A program made the translations under genes and the position numbers. 64,000 nt of DNA, taken from positions 32,612,001 through 32,676,000 of the forward strand of contig OX597835.1 of the NCBI GenBank assembly GCA_951406725.2, read 5' to 3'. The notes beneath the pieces were generated by a model. That model saw only the letters and a list, made by a program, of their open reading frames with translations. It ran no database searches and was not told the DNA's origin. Of the stretch, positions 39,113 through 53,992 are shown one piece after another; the first letter of the stretch is position 1; every line of letters starts with the position of its first letter. The stretch comes from Octopus vulgaris. Taxonomy: Eukaryota.

Positions 39113-40558
39113 TTTTAAAAATTTCTTTACTACCCACAAGGGGATAAACACAGAGGGGACAAACAAGGACAGACAAACTGATTAAATCGATTACATTGAC
39201 CCCAGTGCGTAACTGGTACTTAATTTATCGACCCCGAAAGAATGAAAGGCAAAGTCGACCTCGGCGGAATTTGAACCCAGAACGTAACGGCAGACGAAAT
39301 ATGTGTGTGTGTGTGTGTTCCAAATTACGTAATACTATTTTAAATAAGGGTGGGATATATTGAATAATTTAGTCTTCCATATCCCTAATAAAAACCGGAA
39401 TTGTTACGGTTTGATTGCCTTTGATTACAGGTCTTCTTGATCGGGACAAATTTGGGGCTCAACTACGACTGCACGACCCCACCACAGTCACCACCACCAC
39501 CACCATCACCACCACCACTACTAATACCACTGCTACTAGAGTACGTGCAGCAAAATGAGTAAATACAAAGCTACTTCAAATTTTCTTTTGTGCATCTTTG
39601 TTCTATAGTCATCTCACTCATTAAAACCGGGCTGGATGTTTAAGAAAAGAAGCTAAATGAAATCTGTGACATTCCCGCATCTTACAAGAGCGCGTGAATT
39701 GTTATTAGTGTAAATAGAAACGAAACCGCTTCAAGTAGAGACTGAAAGCTCAACGCCTTCACAAAACTTTCGTCGTCGACTTGAAAGCACTTCGTCGGTT
39801 TGAAAAGGAATTTATCAGAATTGAAATCTCGTCAAAATGTTGAAGAAGATCTTTCATTGTTACGAAAGAAACATTACAGACTGGAAAACTCATTACAGTC
39901 TCGAAACTGTATTACAGTCACAAAACCAGATTACAATAACGAAACCGTATCACAGTCGCTTGTTCTGCTCCATTCTCTACATTTTTCTTTATGAATATCA
40001 CCATGTAGATATTTGATTAAAGTGGAGTTGATATCACATTTTTCATATCTTGCTTCTTTCATTTTTATATTATTTCGTTCATTGAGCCAGTCTGTCTGTA
40101 ACCTCTCTTTCAGTTGGTGAAGTTTTGTAATCATATCGCAGGAGAGGATTTTAATGTACTCCGTTATAAATCGTCAGAATTGAGCTATTATTAATTTATA
40201 TCTTCTTTTGATAACCAAGATAATCACAGACGCATTTATTATCTTATTTAGTGACTTAAATAATTGTATTTGGTTCCGATTCGTTTTCAGACATCGAGAA
40301 GTAGCTATACATTATTCAATCGATTTGCTTCATGCGAATTATCGAAAATAAACAAAAGGAATGAAAATCAGGGGAAGCTTTGTGTGTTGATGTGTTTGTT
40401 CTACTCAGTGAGTATCAATAGTAACAACAACAATAACAACAACAATTTATATTATTATATCTATTATATATAAATATCATAGATAAAGAAGGGAAAGTAA
40501 CAGCCATTGTTAGGTGTGTATATTTATATAATGGAAGAGCGATAATAATAATAATAAC

Positions 40559-40611
<53 letters not shown>

Positions 40612-40644
40612 TGATGATGGTGATGATGATGAATGATGATGATG

Positions 40645-40751
<107 letters not shown>

Positions 40752-41024
40752 TGTAATGATGATAATAATAATAACAATAAATGTCTCAAACGAGTAAACA
40801 ATAATATTACTTTTACAACAAAACACCCCAAATACTACTTATAGTAAAATAATGATAATATTGATGAAAATAGCGGTGATGATGATGATGATGAAGATGA
40901 TGAAGATAATGATAATAATAAAACATAACGATGATGGTGATGTCTGCTGATATGTGAGGTCTTAAAGAACAGGGAAAATAGGAAAATGCTAAGACTCACC
41001 CCCCACCAAATAATAATAATAATA

Positions 41025-41200
41025 AAATGCGAATTCTGTGGAGGGTTCCTGCAAAAATGTAATTCCAGTAGCTCTAGGTATCCTAGGTAGCGTTACCAAT
41101 AGATTTGCAAGTTTCCTTTTTAGAATCAGAGTAACTACAAGAGCAAGGATTGTTCGAAATGTCCTCGATACTTAAGGAAACTAGGTGTGATCCGATATCA
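41025..41200 (+). pseudogene. Decayed RLE-type (R4/Dong-like) LINE C-terminus after (AAT)n
   Basis: ILWRV..VIPVALGILGSV...TRARIVRNVLDT*, compared with LW...VIPVVIGALG...TARILRKVL. Confidence 0.55.
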
Positions 41201-41574
41201 AGTAAGTTGGTTCCAGAAGTAACGCATTTTTACATTTTGTTAAATAGAATTTCTTGCTAATTTTGGCGCAACTTCTGAAATGATGAAGAGCGGTAAGGTT
41301 AATTGATTATATCGACATCGACGCCAGAACAAGACTGGAATTAAAGTTTACCGATTCCTTAGGGAAGAAAGACGGGCGTGAGAACAATTAAGGCAACGCT
41401 GTCCTTGTTTTTCGATGCTCTAACGATTCGGCTAGCTAAGCAGCAGCAACCACCACCACCACCACCACCACCACCACCACAACAACAACAACAACAACAA
41501 CAACAACAGCAGCAACAGCAACAACAACAACAACAGCAGCAGCAGCAAAGCTAATTTAACATCAACACTAATTA

Positions 41575-42590
41575 TAGTCTTTTCTACTCAAGGCGCAAGG
41601 CCTGAAATTTTTGGGGAGGGGACTGTTACTTAATCTATTGATCCCGAAAGATAGAAAGGCAAAGTCGACCTCGGCTGAATTTGAACTCAGAGCGTAGCGA
41701 TGGGCGAAACACCGCTAAGCATTTCGTCCAGCGCGCTAACGATTCTGGCAGAACACCGCTTTATCAACACTAATAACAATACTAATAATAATGGTTTCAA
41801 ATTTGGCCACAAGGACAGCTATTTTGGGGGAGGGGCCTAGTCGGTTACATCGAGACCAGTGTTCCTCTGGTACTTAATTCATCGAACCCGAAAGGATAAA
41901 AGGCAAAGTCAACCTCGGCGGAATTTGAACTCAGAGCGAGAAGACGGACGAAGTACAGCTAAGCATTTCGTCCAGCGTGCTAACGATCCTGCCAGCACGC
42001 CGTACTATCAGCACGAATATTAATGCTAACTAATAACGAAAAACGTCGCCCTTCTCAAGCCTAGCCAGGCTCATGGGCCCGGTTTCCCGGTTTCTATGGC
42101 GTATGTGTCCCCCCCCCCCCCACTGGACGGGACGCCAGTGCATCGCAGCGTTACTCAAGAAACAGGAAGAAAGAGTGAGAGAAAGTTGTGGCGAAAGAGT
42201 ACAACAGAGGTCGCCCACCCCTGCCGGAGCCTCGTGGAACTTTTAGGTGTTTTTGCTCAAAAAACACCCACAACGCCCGGTCTAGGAATCGAAACCACGA
42301 TCCTCTGAACGCGAGTCCGCTGCCCTAACCACTGGGCCAATGCGTCTCCACAATGCTAATAATAACAACAGTAATAATGGTTTCAAATTACGGCACAGAG
42401 CCAGGAATTACAGGTGAGCGGGTCTAAGGATTATATCGACCCCAGTATTCAACTGGTACTTATTTTACCGACTCCGAAAGAATGAAAGACAAAGTGGACC
42501 TCGGCAAAATATGAAATTAGAACGTAAAGCGGGTGAGATGCCGCTAAGCACTTTCCTCGGCGTGCTAAAGATTCTGCCAGCATACCGCCT
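41575..42590 (-). mobile_element. Cluster of three SINE A copies and one SINE C (tail b, 42040-42351)
   Basis: Family motifs. The SINE C copy is flanked by AATGCTAA.TAATAAC-like direct repeats. Confidence 0.78.
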
Positions 42591-42821
42591 TGCAGTTGTA
42601 GCAGCAGTAGTAGCAGCAGCAGCAGCAAGAACAACAACAGCAGTAACAATGAAGACCAAATAAAACGTGGAAAGGGAGATAAACAGGGTATATGGAAATT
42701 TTGATTCAACATGGCACAGAAATGTGCAATTTCCTTTCGTATTCTCACTACAAACAATTCTTAATTCGTAATGTTAGGGATGATCGTTCATATAGAAATA
42801 AGTGAGTGGTTTTGTACGTGT

Positions 42822-42875
<54 letters not shown>

Positions 42876-43111
42876 ATTTGTATGTATATATATATTTGCT
42901 TTTGTGTGTATGTAGTTATATGCATATTTAATTGTGTGTAGGCGTATATATGTATAACTATGTACATGCAAATATATATGAGCATGCATATACATATCTA
43001 AGTATGCGTATGTGTACACAAAGAGCGGAACTGAAGGAGTCAGTATACACACACACAAACGCATATGTATGTGTATATATATATATATATATATATGTAT
43101 ATAGATATTTA

Positions 43112-43155
<44 letters not shown>

Positions 43156-43250
43156 TATATATACACATATATATATAGATGTATATATATATATAGATAT
43201 AGATATGTATACACATATACACACATATATATATACACACATATATATAT

Positions 43251-43314
<64 letters not shown>

Positions 43315-44043
43315 ATATAGATAGATGTATATATATATATATAAATATATATATATGTTTACATACGTGTATAGATAGATATAGACGGAGATCTATATTG
43401 ACGTGTGTAAGCGTGTGCGTAAAATAATTGTATACGCCGTGCCAAAGGTTAGGTTTATTACTTCAAATAATTAAATTTACCACTTGGAGTGCACAAGTTT
43501 ATTGAAATATCCTTTCAGCAGTTAGCACCCTACGAAAGTTTGGCGCAACAAAAACATTTCATGGTTCCTTGGTTATATTAGAACATCTTTTCAACAACTA
43601 GTGCCACCACCACCACCACCACCACTCTACCACACCACCACCACTACCACCAGCACCACCATCGCTAACATCGATACAACCAAGAATTCTATCACGCTCC
43701 CACATGATCTCACCAACGCCGCCAATATTCCTGCTACCAGAGTATCTAGACTACCGAGCTCAACAGCATTATCGCCGAGAAATTGTAAGCCACCACCATT
43801 ACAACCACCGTCAGCAGCACCAACAGCACCTCCACCGCCACAGTATATCACTTCCAGCAGCACTACCACGACATTTGTACCATTACCACTACGACTACCA
43901 CGGTCACTGGAATTGAGCCCCTACTGTTGCCACCAAAAACCTCTGAACCATTAATATACCTTTTAATACTATACACATCTACAGATAAGATAATAATAAT
44001 AACAACAACAACAGCAATAATAATAATAATAACAATAATAATA

Positions 44044-44074
<31 letters not shown>

Positions 44075-44078
44075 TAAC

Positions 44079-44134
<56 letters not shown>

Positions 44135-44138
44135 TAAT

Positions 44139-44538
44139 AGACCGAAGAAAAAAAATGCTTTCTAATTGATGTATCAGTACCGGCAGATGACAACGTGTCT
44201 CTAAAAGAAATGGAGAAACTCTCAAAATACAAAGACCTGGAAATAGAGGTAACTAGAATGTGGAATCTGAAAACAGAAACAATTCCTATCATAGTAGGTG
44301 CATTAGGCATGATAAAAAAATATTCAGACAAATACATAACAAAAACACCAGGACTTACAAACACATATAACATACAGAAAATTGCACTACTAGGCACTGC
44401 ACACATCCTACGCAGAACACTTTCCATACAATAACCATCAGAGCATCACAACAAATCACAGCACATACCCAAGGCACACAGAGCTGCGCTCGGTAGTGAA
44501 GTGAAAGCACGCTATAAAAATAAAAATAAAACTACTGA
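44139..44538 (+). pseudogene. R4/Dong-clade non-LTR retrotransposon 3' fragment (restriction-like endonuclease end + 3' UTR) in (AAT)n
   Basis: IDVSVPADDNVSLKEMEKLSKYKDLEIEVTRMW..TIPIIVGALG...LLGTAHILRRTL, with (AAT)n on both sides. Confidence 0.88.
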
Positions 44539-44580
44539 ATAATAATAATAATAATAATGATCATAATAATAATAATAATG

Positions 44581-44674
<94 letters not shown>

Positions 44675-44682
44675 TAATAATA

Positions 44683-44737
<55 letters not shown>

Positions 44738-45829
44738 TAATAACAATAAAAATAATAACAGCATTATCTGGTATTTTGCAACATGAGCAAAGTCCACTTT
44801 TTCACAAGTTTTCGGAACAGATTTCAAGTCCCAGAATATGTAGCACTCTTCCTCCCACAGGTCTAAAAACTCTGTGAAAAGTTCCTGAGAAATTCTATTT
44901 CTCTTCTCATGAACATAGTAAATATTGACTTTATATTGTTGGTTTTGCCCTGCACACTAACGATTCTGCCTTAATTCCTTTTATAAAAATGGTTTCAAAT
45001 TTTGGAACAAGGCCAGCAGTTTCTGAGGGAGGGAAATGTCGTAAACATCGACCAGAATACTCAACTGGTTCTTATTTAGACAACGAAATGGAAAAAGGCA
45101 AAGTCAACCTCGGCGAAATTTGAACTCAGACCGTAAAGATGGACGAAATGCTGCTCAGCATTCTGCCAGCCCACCATTTTTATAACATTCGTATTTCTTC
45201 AATCTCTTTCCATTTTGAGTTTAAATCCCACTGATTTTGCCCTTCATTCTCCAGAGGTCAATGATATACAAAATTATCATGTCAGCCCTAATAGAGCAGA
45301 TCTGTAATAATCAAAGGTGTCGCAGCAGTGACTATATTGTATTTTTACATTGTCCGATATGTCAGTATTTTCTGCTACGTACGGTAAGAAGTGAGAGAAA
45401 TTGATTACTATATCAAACGGGTTAAACAACCCCCATTAAATATGGCAGCCAATCAGGTTTTTTTAATAACATTTCATGTTTCTATTCATAATTAAACATC
45501 CCTTTAATTGAAGTGTAACGTTATTTCATATTATGTATCCTTTATAATTACCTCCTTTCCAGTTTCATTCAAAACGAGTCATCCATTTAATTACTCTATC
45601 ATGTTATTTACATCTTCATGTTCATATAAAACGTATTTTAAAATATTTACACCAGACCTTCATGAGGATTTTTTGAAAAATTTTGCTTTGATTTGTGCTG
45701 TAAATAATTTTTGTTAATTAACTCTCGCCTTCATTTTAATAATTTTACACAAATATTTCACAAATATTTAATATTTTCGCGAAATATTTCAAAGTTAATT
45801 ACGTTCTGACATCAAATAAAGATATCATG

Positions 45830-45881
<52 letters not shown>

Positions 45882-45889
45882 CGCTGAGG

Positions 45890-46350
45890 ATGGTGGCAAG
45901 CCGTCAAAATTGTTAGCATGCCGGGCGACATGCTTAGCGGCATTTTGTCCGTCTTTAGTTATGCGTTCAAATTCCGCAGTGGTCGACTTTGCCTTTCATC
46001 TTTTTTCGATCGATAAATTAAGTACCAGTGGAAAACTGGGGTCGATGTAATCGATTTGTCCCCTACCCCAAATTTCAGGCCTTGTGCCTATAATAGAAAG
46101 GATTATTTTTTCTTTCCACAGAGGAAGGTGGCAAGCTGGAAGTATTGTCAGCACGCTAGGCGAAATGTTTAGCAGTATTTCTGCCCGTCGCTACGTTCTG
46201 AGTTCAAATTCCTCCGAGGTTAACTTTGCCTTTCATCCTTTCGGGGTCGATAAAATAAGTACCAGTGAAACCGAAACACCGAGGTCGATGTGATTGACTA
46301 GTCCCCTCTCTACAAATTTGAGGCCTTGTGCCTCCAGTAGAAAGGATTTT
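45890..46350 (+). mobile_element. Two tandem SINE A copies with GAAAGG(ATT)n-type tails
   Basis: Two heads and cores, with CCAAATTTCAGGCCTTGTGCC tails. Confidence 0.8.
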
Positions 46351-46487
46351 TATTATTATTGAGTGAGAGAGCAGTGCATGCCATCAAAGTGACATTGGTG
46401 GTGGTGGAGAACCAAGTGACGGATACATCCTAGCACCTTCCTTATCGACAGAGTTCACCGTTAGTTCTGAATGACCTCTCTCTTGAC

Positions 46488-46905
46488 TCTTTTACTCTTT
46501 TACTTGTTTCAGTCATTTGACTGCGGCCATGCTGGAGCACCGCCTTTAGTCGAGCAAATCGACCCCGGGACTTATTCTGTGTAAGTCTAGTACTTATTAT
46601 ATCGGTCTCTTTTGCCGAACCGTTAAGTTACGGGGACGTAAACACACCAGCAACCGTTGTTAAGCGATGTCGGGAGTACAAACACAGACACACAAACAAA
46701 CACACACATACACACACACACAAACACACACACACACGCGCACACATATACGACGGGCTTCTTTGAGTTTCCGTCTACCAAATCCACTCACAAGGCTTTG
46801 GTCGGCCCGAGGCTATAGTAGAAGACACTTGCCCAAGTTGTCACGCAGTGGGACTGAACCAGGAACCATGTGGTTGGTAAGCAAGCTACTTACTACACAT
46901 CCACT
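46488..46905 (-). mobile_element. SINE family B
   Basis: Near consensus. Confidence 0.87.
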
Positions 46906-47394
46906 CACCCAAGCTATCGAGCAATGAAGCTAAGTTTTATTTCCTAAAGGGTGACCAAACAAATTGTTTGTTCTGTGGTTTTATCTCTCTTTGAGAACAC
47001 TGGAATCATGTCAATGTCTCCGTATTCCTTCACTGCACAATCTCTATTTCATTCTTCATCGTTCACAAAAACATTACCATATCTATCTTTCTTCCCACAT
47101 CTTCCAAGACTCAAATCTCTCTATAGAATTAATAATGTAGTGTCTCCTCGGAAAACAAACAAAATTTTGGATTATATTGAATACAAGTAAGAATGGTATT
47201 CATTTATTTGTGAATTTGGTCTGAATTCTGGAGTTGAAGTAACATTGTCATCTAATCGTTCTTTTATAGCTCACGTACATAGCAGAACATGTAGTTGTGT
47301 CACATAGCTGTATATCTACAGTGTAATCGTTGTTGACTTAGGCTGGCGCCAAAACACGTAGCACAACCAGATAAGGAAACAGTTGTTGCTGTCG

Positions 47395-47943
47395 TCTTCT
47401 TCTTCTTCTTCTTCTTGTTCTTCTTGTTCTTCTTGTTCTTCTTGTTCTTCTTCTTCTTCTTCCAATCAGGACTCACGCCATTAGCCACAAAGAATAATCT
47501 CTAATTAGAGCCAACTCTAAGCTACTAAGAATGCGTGTGGCAACTTGAAGATCCACCCACCTCACGCGATAAAATGGCGGTTGCCCGGGCGCGAAAGCTA
47601 CGTTGTTACCCTCATTCCGTAGACGGTGGCTTTTTTAACGGGTGGAGAGCTGAACCATCCTGGTGTACAGAGGATTCGCAATCTAGACTAGGGTTTGAAA
47701 CTTTACCACACCACAGTGGATTACACTATGGTACCTCTGCTTCATGGCAGAAGTAGGACGAAAGAGTGAGAGAAAGTTGTGGTGAAAGAGTACAGCGGGG
47801 TTCACCACCATTCCCCGCCGGGGCCTCGTGGCGCTTAGGTGTTTTTGCTCAATAAACACTCACAATACCCGGACCGGGAATCGAAACCGCGTTCTAACGA
47901 CTGCGAGTCCGCTGCCTTAACCACTGGATCATTGCGCCTCCAC
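47395..47943 (-). mobile_element. SINE family C, tail type c (RTE-like bipartite tail ending in (GAA)n)
   Basis: Inverted homolog of 49540-50090. Confidence 0.85.
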
Positions 47944-49539
47944 CGTTCTTGTTGCTGTTGTTTAGCTTCAATTCTGCTCTGATCCATCTAGTTTTTCAGT
48001 CATATTGTTATATTACTAAATGCGCCCCTACCTTTCTCAAAAGCATTATAGTGCAATTTGAAAGATGTGCCTGCTATTTCTAGCAGTCTGAGTGACCACT
48101 TACTGAGAGATTTCCTCAAAGGTTCATTATGATGCTTTAGATGTCGTTGGTGTTTTGCCCCGCTCAAACCCGATTCAGTAGATCTTAGATGAAAGACGTT
48201 TCAGTCATTCCTACTGTCAAGCGTTAACATGGCGTGTAATTTGTGGGAAACCGTACCGTTTTTATAATAATAATTATTTCTATTATTGGGACCAGGCTTG
48301 AAATTTTGTGGGACGCAGACAGTCGATTACACGAGCCACAATGCTCAACAAGTGTTTATTTTATCGAATACGGAGAGAGGGACGAAAAGTAAAGTCGACT
48401 TCAGCGGAATAATCATCCTTTCTACTAAGGAGTCAATGTCTGAGATCTTATACGTAATTGGGTCAGCTGATTACAACATCGACTCCAGTACGTGACTGGT
48501 ACTTATTTTATCGACCCCCCAAAAACGATGAACCCCAAAGTAAACTAACTACGTAGAGACTCTCTCATTGTTACGTCAAATATTTTACTGTTCAATCCCA
48601 ATTTAGTTCTGATCAAGGAGGCATCTGATCAAGATGTCTCTCAGGAAATAATGGGTCACAGATTATAGCATCTAAGACAAACTTTGTTTACCTTCACATA
48701 GCTTGCTTACCAACCACATGGTCCCGGGTTCAGTCCCACTGCGTGACACCTTGGGCAAGGGTCTTTTACTATAGCCACGGACCGACCAATGCCTTGTGAG
48801 TGGATTTGGTAGACGGAAACTCAAAGAAGCCCGTCGTATATATGTATGTGTGTGTGTTTGTGTTTGTGTGTCTGTGTTTGTTCCCCCCAACATCACTTGA
48901 CAACCGTTGCTGGTGTGTTTACGTCTCCGTAACTGTTATTTGAGGTAGAGTCTGTTGCTATTTCTAACACGTATGTGAAATGCGTAGTGGATCACTCGTT
49001 TAATTGATCACATTGTAGTTGTTAAAAAGAGTAAATAATAGAGATAAACTAAATGGTTCTTTAATGAATGGATGGACACGGTACTATAGTAGCGGTGGTA
49101 GGATACGAACTAATTATACTTGAGTTCATTGACCTTTCAGTCGGTCATCTACAGGATGAAAGAATGTTTAGAGATAAGAGGAGAGAGAAAAAAAGAAAGC
49201 GTTGGAATATCAAGAGGAGACCAAAGAACAACAATAAAAGAAGATAGAGCAGAAACAGGAACGATAATAAAGATAACAACACTTTATAATACCAACAACG
49301 GCCAAAAGAGATAGATCAACAATAGTGGCAGCAGGAGCCGCAGAAGCAGCCGCAGCAGCAGCAGAGGTAATCACAGAGCAGCATCAAAAGAATGACCAAC
49401 AGCAGCTAAATCAGCAGGAAGAATAACAACATGAATAATAATAATAACAACAACTGAAGCTACAATAACAATTGTAACAGTAAAATCAACAAAAACAACA
49501 GCAACTACTACTACGACAGCAATGAGAACAGCAGCAACA

Positions 49540-50063
49540 GTGGAGGTGCAATGGTCCATTGGTTGGGGTAGCGGATTCGTGTTCGTACAAACGCGATTTC
49601 GATTCCCAGATCGGGCATTGTGTTTATTGAGCAAAAGCGCCTAAGCTCCACGAGGCTCCGGCGCCCCCCCCCCCCCACCGGAGCCTCGTGGGGCTTAGGT
49701 GAAAGAGTACAACCTCGCTGTACTCTTTCACCACAACTTTCTCTCACTCTTTCTTCCTACTTCTACAAAGCAGAGGAACCATGGTGTTACACACTATGGT
49801 GCGGTAAACTTTCAGAACCTAGTCTAGATTGCGAATCATCTGTACCCCAGGATGGTTCAGCTCTCCACCCGTTAAAAAAGCCACCGTTTACGGAATGAGG
49901 ATAGCAACGTAGCTTTCGCGCCCGTGCAACCGCGAGTCTATCGCGTGTGGTGGGTGGATCTTCAAGTTGCCATATACATTCTTAGTAGCTTAGAGTAGGC
50001 TCGAATTAGAGATTATTCTTTGTGGCTAATGGCGTGAGTCCTGATTGGAAGAAGAAGAAGAAG

Positions 50064-50090
<27 letters not shown>
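49540..50090 (+). mobile_element. SINE family C, tail type c, followed by (GAA)/(GAG)/(CAA) microsatellites
   Basis: Head GTGGAGGTGCAATGG, an RTE-5'UTR-like CCACCCGTTAAAAAA..TACGGAA motif, and the end GTCCTGATTG(GAA)n. Confidence 0.85.
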
Positions 50091-50095
<5 letters not shown>

Positions 50096-51849
50096 GAAGA
50101 AGGATGAGGATGAGGAAAAGAAGAAGAAGGAGAAGAAGGAGGAGGATGAGAAGAAGAAGAAGAAGAAGAAAAAGGAGGATGAGAAGAAGAAGGAGGAGGA
50201 GGAGGAGTAGAAGAAGAAGAAGAAGAAGGAGAAGAAGGAGAAGAAGAAGAAGGAGGAGGAGGGGGAGGAGGAGGAGAAGAAGGAGGAGGAGAAGGAGAAG
50301 AAGAAGAAGAAGACAACAACAGCAACAGAAGGAACCACATCAAAGGTAAATGCAACAGCAACAACAACAACAATAACAACAATTACAACAGCAATGACAA
50401 CAGCAGCAGTAGCAACAACAACAATTACCAACAACAATAGTAACAACAACACCAGCACCAACAATACCAGCAACAACAACAACAACACCAGCAACAAGAA
50501 CAACAACAACTATAACAACAACAGTAAAACCAGCAACAACAACACTGGTAATAACAACGGCAACAACAACAATAACAGCGGCAATTACGATAGCATTAAA
50601 AGTAACAGCAATGAAAACAGCAATAACAACAACAACAACATCATCAACAACAGCAATCGCAACAACAACAACAAAATCATGATCCAGTGTAATGAATACA
50701 TACATGAGATGACGTCCAATGTAACTTCAAAGCAATTTTACTTCGTGTTTCATGTTTTCAATTAACTGTAAAATCTTCATCGTTAGAAAATGTTGAGGTA
50801 AACTGACCAGGTAATCAATGGAAAACGTTAATGAAATACTTCGCTAAATACAAAGTATTTGTTGGTGTGAATTTCTTTGATTAAATTACTGAGAATTCCT
50901 GCGAAGGATCGAAATGGTAAATGACTAAAACGATTTTACTTTGGTGTTTAGTTCCAGACCTGAATACTCTGGCTTTAATTTCCGACGAGAACAGGAATTT
51001 TACTGTGGTTAGCGACTATACGGCGCTGATGGACTTTACTACAATTATGATAAAGTTGTTTATTTGTTTGGGGTATGTAACCTTTACTAAAAGAACGCAA
51101 TTATTAAAGTCTAAAATGTCTACAAAATGCTTATAAATTCTAATTTTAATAAATTCTGTTATCGGGGTGTGGCTTTCTATACGTTATTATTGAACTCTCA
51201 AAACTAATTTCATTGCGTTTTTTTAATGCTATGAAATAGCGTCCCCTGTTTGACTTCTCTCTCTCTCTCTCTCCCATCTACTTCATGACACTACTTTCAA
51301 ACACTTCTCCAAATTATAGATTTCATCAAGTGCCAGCCAAATTAATTGATTCCATTATCCGTTCATATTCATAGGGTGTTTTTAAAGGAGGAATTTGGGA
51401 TTTAATTAACCTACGTTAATTGTACCACTTACAAGCTTGTGTTTATTATGGAAGACAAAAATATTGTCTTTCATTGTCTTCCAGACAAAACTCGATAGTA
51501 GATTATCGAGAAACACTATCCAAGTGATTTTCTTTAATTACTTTGCATAGATTTATGAAAGTTCGGTTTTCCAACCTCCAAAGCTGTACAAACATCGTTA
51601 CATCAAAGTTTAGAAATGTCAAAGACAGATGACAAAGCTTTGAGATTTTCTATAATGTACGAAAAGAAAGGCCGAAGTATAACAAAGAGAAAAAAACAAC
51701 GAAGGATAAGTATGAGAAAATTGTTTATGAAAGATTTTGGTCAACACTTAGCCAGGAATTCTTTTGCTATTATTATTGATTTATTAATCACTCTGCTCTC
51801 TCTGACCGATATTTTCTATCTTGGAGCGAGATGGTGGCACGAGTAAGTA

Positions 51850-52570
51850 GCTTAGTCGTCGCTCGCTGGAGTTTCAACACATTAGTTGCTTCTATCTTCT
51901 TATTAGATGGACATGTCCTATGCTCCCATGAAGCATGTGAAGGTAAGCCCTTTTGCGCCCCTAAAACGTTTAGTATCATTATTCTGTGAAAGGTTGAGAC
52001 TTGAATTTCCTTTACACTGGCGATTCCGGGTGTTTCCACACCATACTCTGCTTTTGGGATTATGGATCAAAGTCTCATCTCCTGTAACTATTCTGTTAAA
52101 AAAAAAAAGAAAAAGAAAAAAGAACAAAGAAAAAAAGAAAGGCTTCATCTTCATCGTCGTAGCGGTCGAGTAACTGTTGGCAGATCTCCACATGGTTGCG
52201 CTTCGGTAAGCTCTCTTGGCAGCCATCTCGCCAAGACTTTACGTAAGTGAAGTTTGTCGTGGATGATTTCACAAGCAGAACTATGAATAATTTGCAGAGA
52301 ACATGCCACCTTATAGATGCTCACATCTCTTGAGTTTGCCGAATCTTGGATGTTCTACTCCCTTTTTGTTCGTCACAGTCGTCTGGCGATTTTAAAACTT
52401 TTCGATCTTCTCATCCCCATTTCTACGCGAATGAGCGCCGTTTCTGTATCATACTGAAAACCTGCAATGAATTTCAGTCCCTGACACGCATTCAAGTCAG
52501 AGGAATTGATCACTGTTCTTCTCTGGTGCACGCTACCAGAGAAATGTCTATGTTTACTCGGTTACACAAG
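51850..52570 (-). pseudogene. Decayed mariner (DD34D-type) transposase
   Basis: IHDKLHLRKVLARWLPREL (WVPHEL-like) and RIVTGDETLIH.NPKS. Frameshifts and a T-run insertion are present. Confidence 0.8.
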
Positions 52571-53584
52571 AAAGAAAACTGGAACAATCAGGGTCAACCC
52601 TCGGTTACGTAACGACAAGGGTACCATCTTTTAGCATGCGAGAGCTGAAGATAGTACGGCCAACCCAAAGAAAGTTTTGGTGAAAGTATAAATAACAGAG
52701 GCCAACAAAAATTTTATTTTTCTCTGTTGTCAAAAGATTTGGATTTGAACTAAGGGTCTTTTGGTACATAGAATCCGAACATGACATCTATTAATTACCA
52801 CTACATTAAGATTTTAAGATACTGAATCCATAGAATTTCATTGTTTTTCTTTCAATAAAACAGCTTATGAGGAACAAACCAGAGCATACAGACATGGATA
52901 GAAATTGTTTTTCTTCAAAACCAGAATGTTTTCTTAAAATACTACTGGAACACTAGTAAACATCTTGAAATTTCTGCATATTATTTCAATTTCCAATGAT
53001 TTTTCGTTTGGATAATTTTCTTGAATACTGAATCTCTGGGAGTTTACAAGCCAAGTTCAATCAATAGTCCGCCATCATATGCAAGTCCCATCTGCTTTGA
53101 TACATTTAATCCACTGGTTTTGTATCCTACTAGAAACAATGGCCAGTTTCCCAGTTTCTATGGCATATGAATGACCAAAGTCATAACGTTACTTTGAACG
53201 GGATGTCGGTTCGTTGCAGGGGCCAAAGCCATCAATTTTTGAGAGGAGGGGACAAGTCGATTACACCAACTTAATTGGTATATTGATTTATCGGTATCAA
53301 AGGGATGAAAGGCAATGCTCGGCGGAATTTGATCTCAGAACGTAAAGAAGCAGAAGAAATGTCGATAGAAATTATGTGACATGCTAACAATTCTGCTACC
53401 TCGCCACGTTTCTTAAAGGAACTGCTAGTTATTATATGGTGAGGATGAAATGCAAAGTTGACCTCAGCAGAATTTGAACTCAGAACGTAAAGAGTCGGAA
53501 GAAATGCTGTTAAGCATTTTATCTGACGTGATAATGCTTCTCCAAGCCTGCCACTTTTTAGTGGTATATAGATGAAAGTCAACT

Positions 53585-53897
53585 TGTTGTTTGCTATTTG
53601 TTCCTTCTCGAGCCATGCCTGGCTCATAAGGGCCGGTTTCCTGGTTTCATTGGCGTAAAGGTTCCCCATTTGGACGGGACGCCGGTCCATCGCAGGTGAG
53701 CTGCAAGATGCAGAAGAAAAGAGTGAGAGAAAGTTGTGGTGAAAGAGTCAGCATAAGTTCGCCATTAACTTCTGCCGGAACCGCGTGGAGCTTAGGTGTT
53801 TTGCTCATAAACTCATACATCACCCAGTCTGAGATTCGAACCCGCGATCCCTCGACCTTGAGTAAGCTGCTCGAACCACTAGGCCATCTGTCTCCAC
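53585..53897 (-). mobile_element. SINE family C, tail type b
   Basis: Close match to 27030-27337, flanked by AAAGTCAAC direct repeats. Confidence 0.85.
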
Positions 53898-53992
53898 AAA
53901 AGTCAACAAAGCATTAGTAAATTGAATCATTTCAAGTAGTTGTAGCAAGATCCTGATTGAGATTTGAACCCTAACATGAAAATGAATATATA

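Noticed and set aside
39660-40140. Unique-looking sequence with short ORFs 39800..39994 and 39931..40134
   Set aside because: No recognisable domain or exon boundaries. It cannot be excluded as UTR or regulatory DNA, but nothing supports a call.
43601-43954. Pro/Thr-rich 117-aa ORF
   Set aside because: It is a degenerate (ACC)/(CAC) repeat with a non-ATG start, no domain and no splice support.
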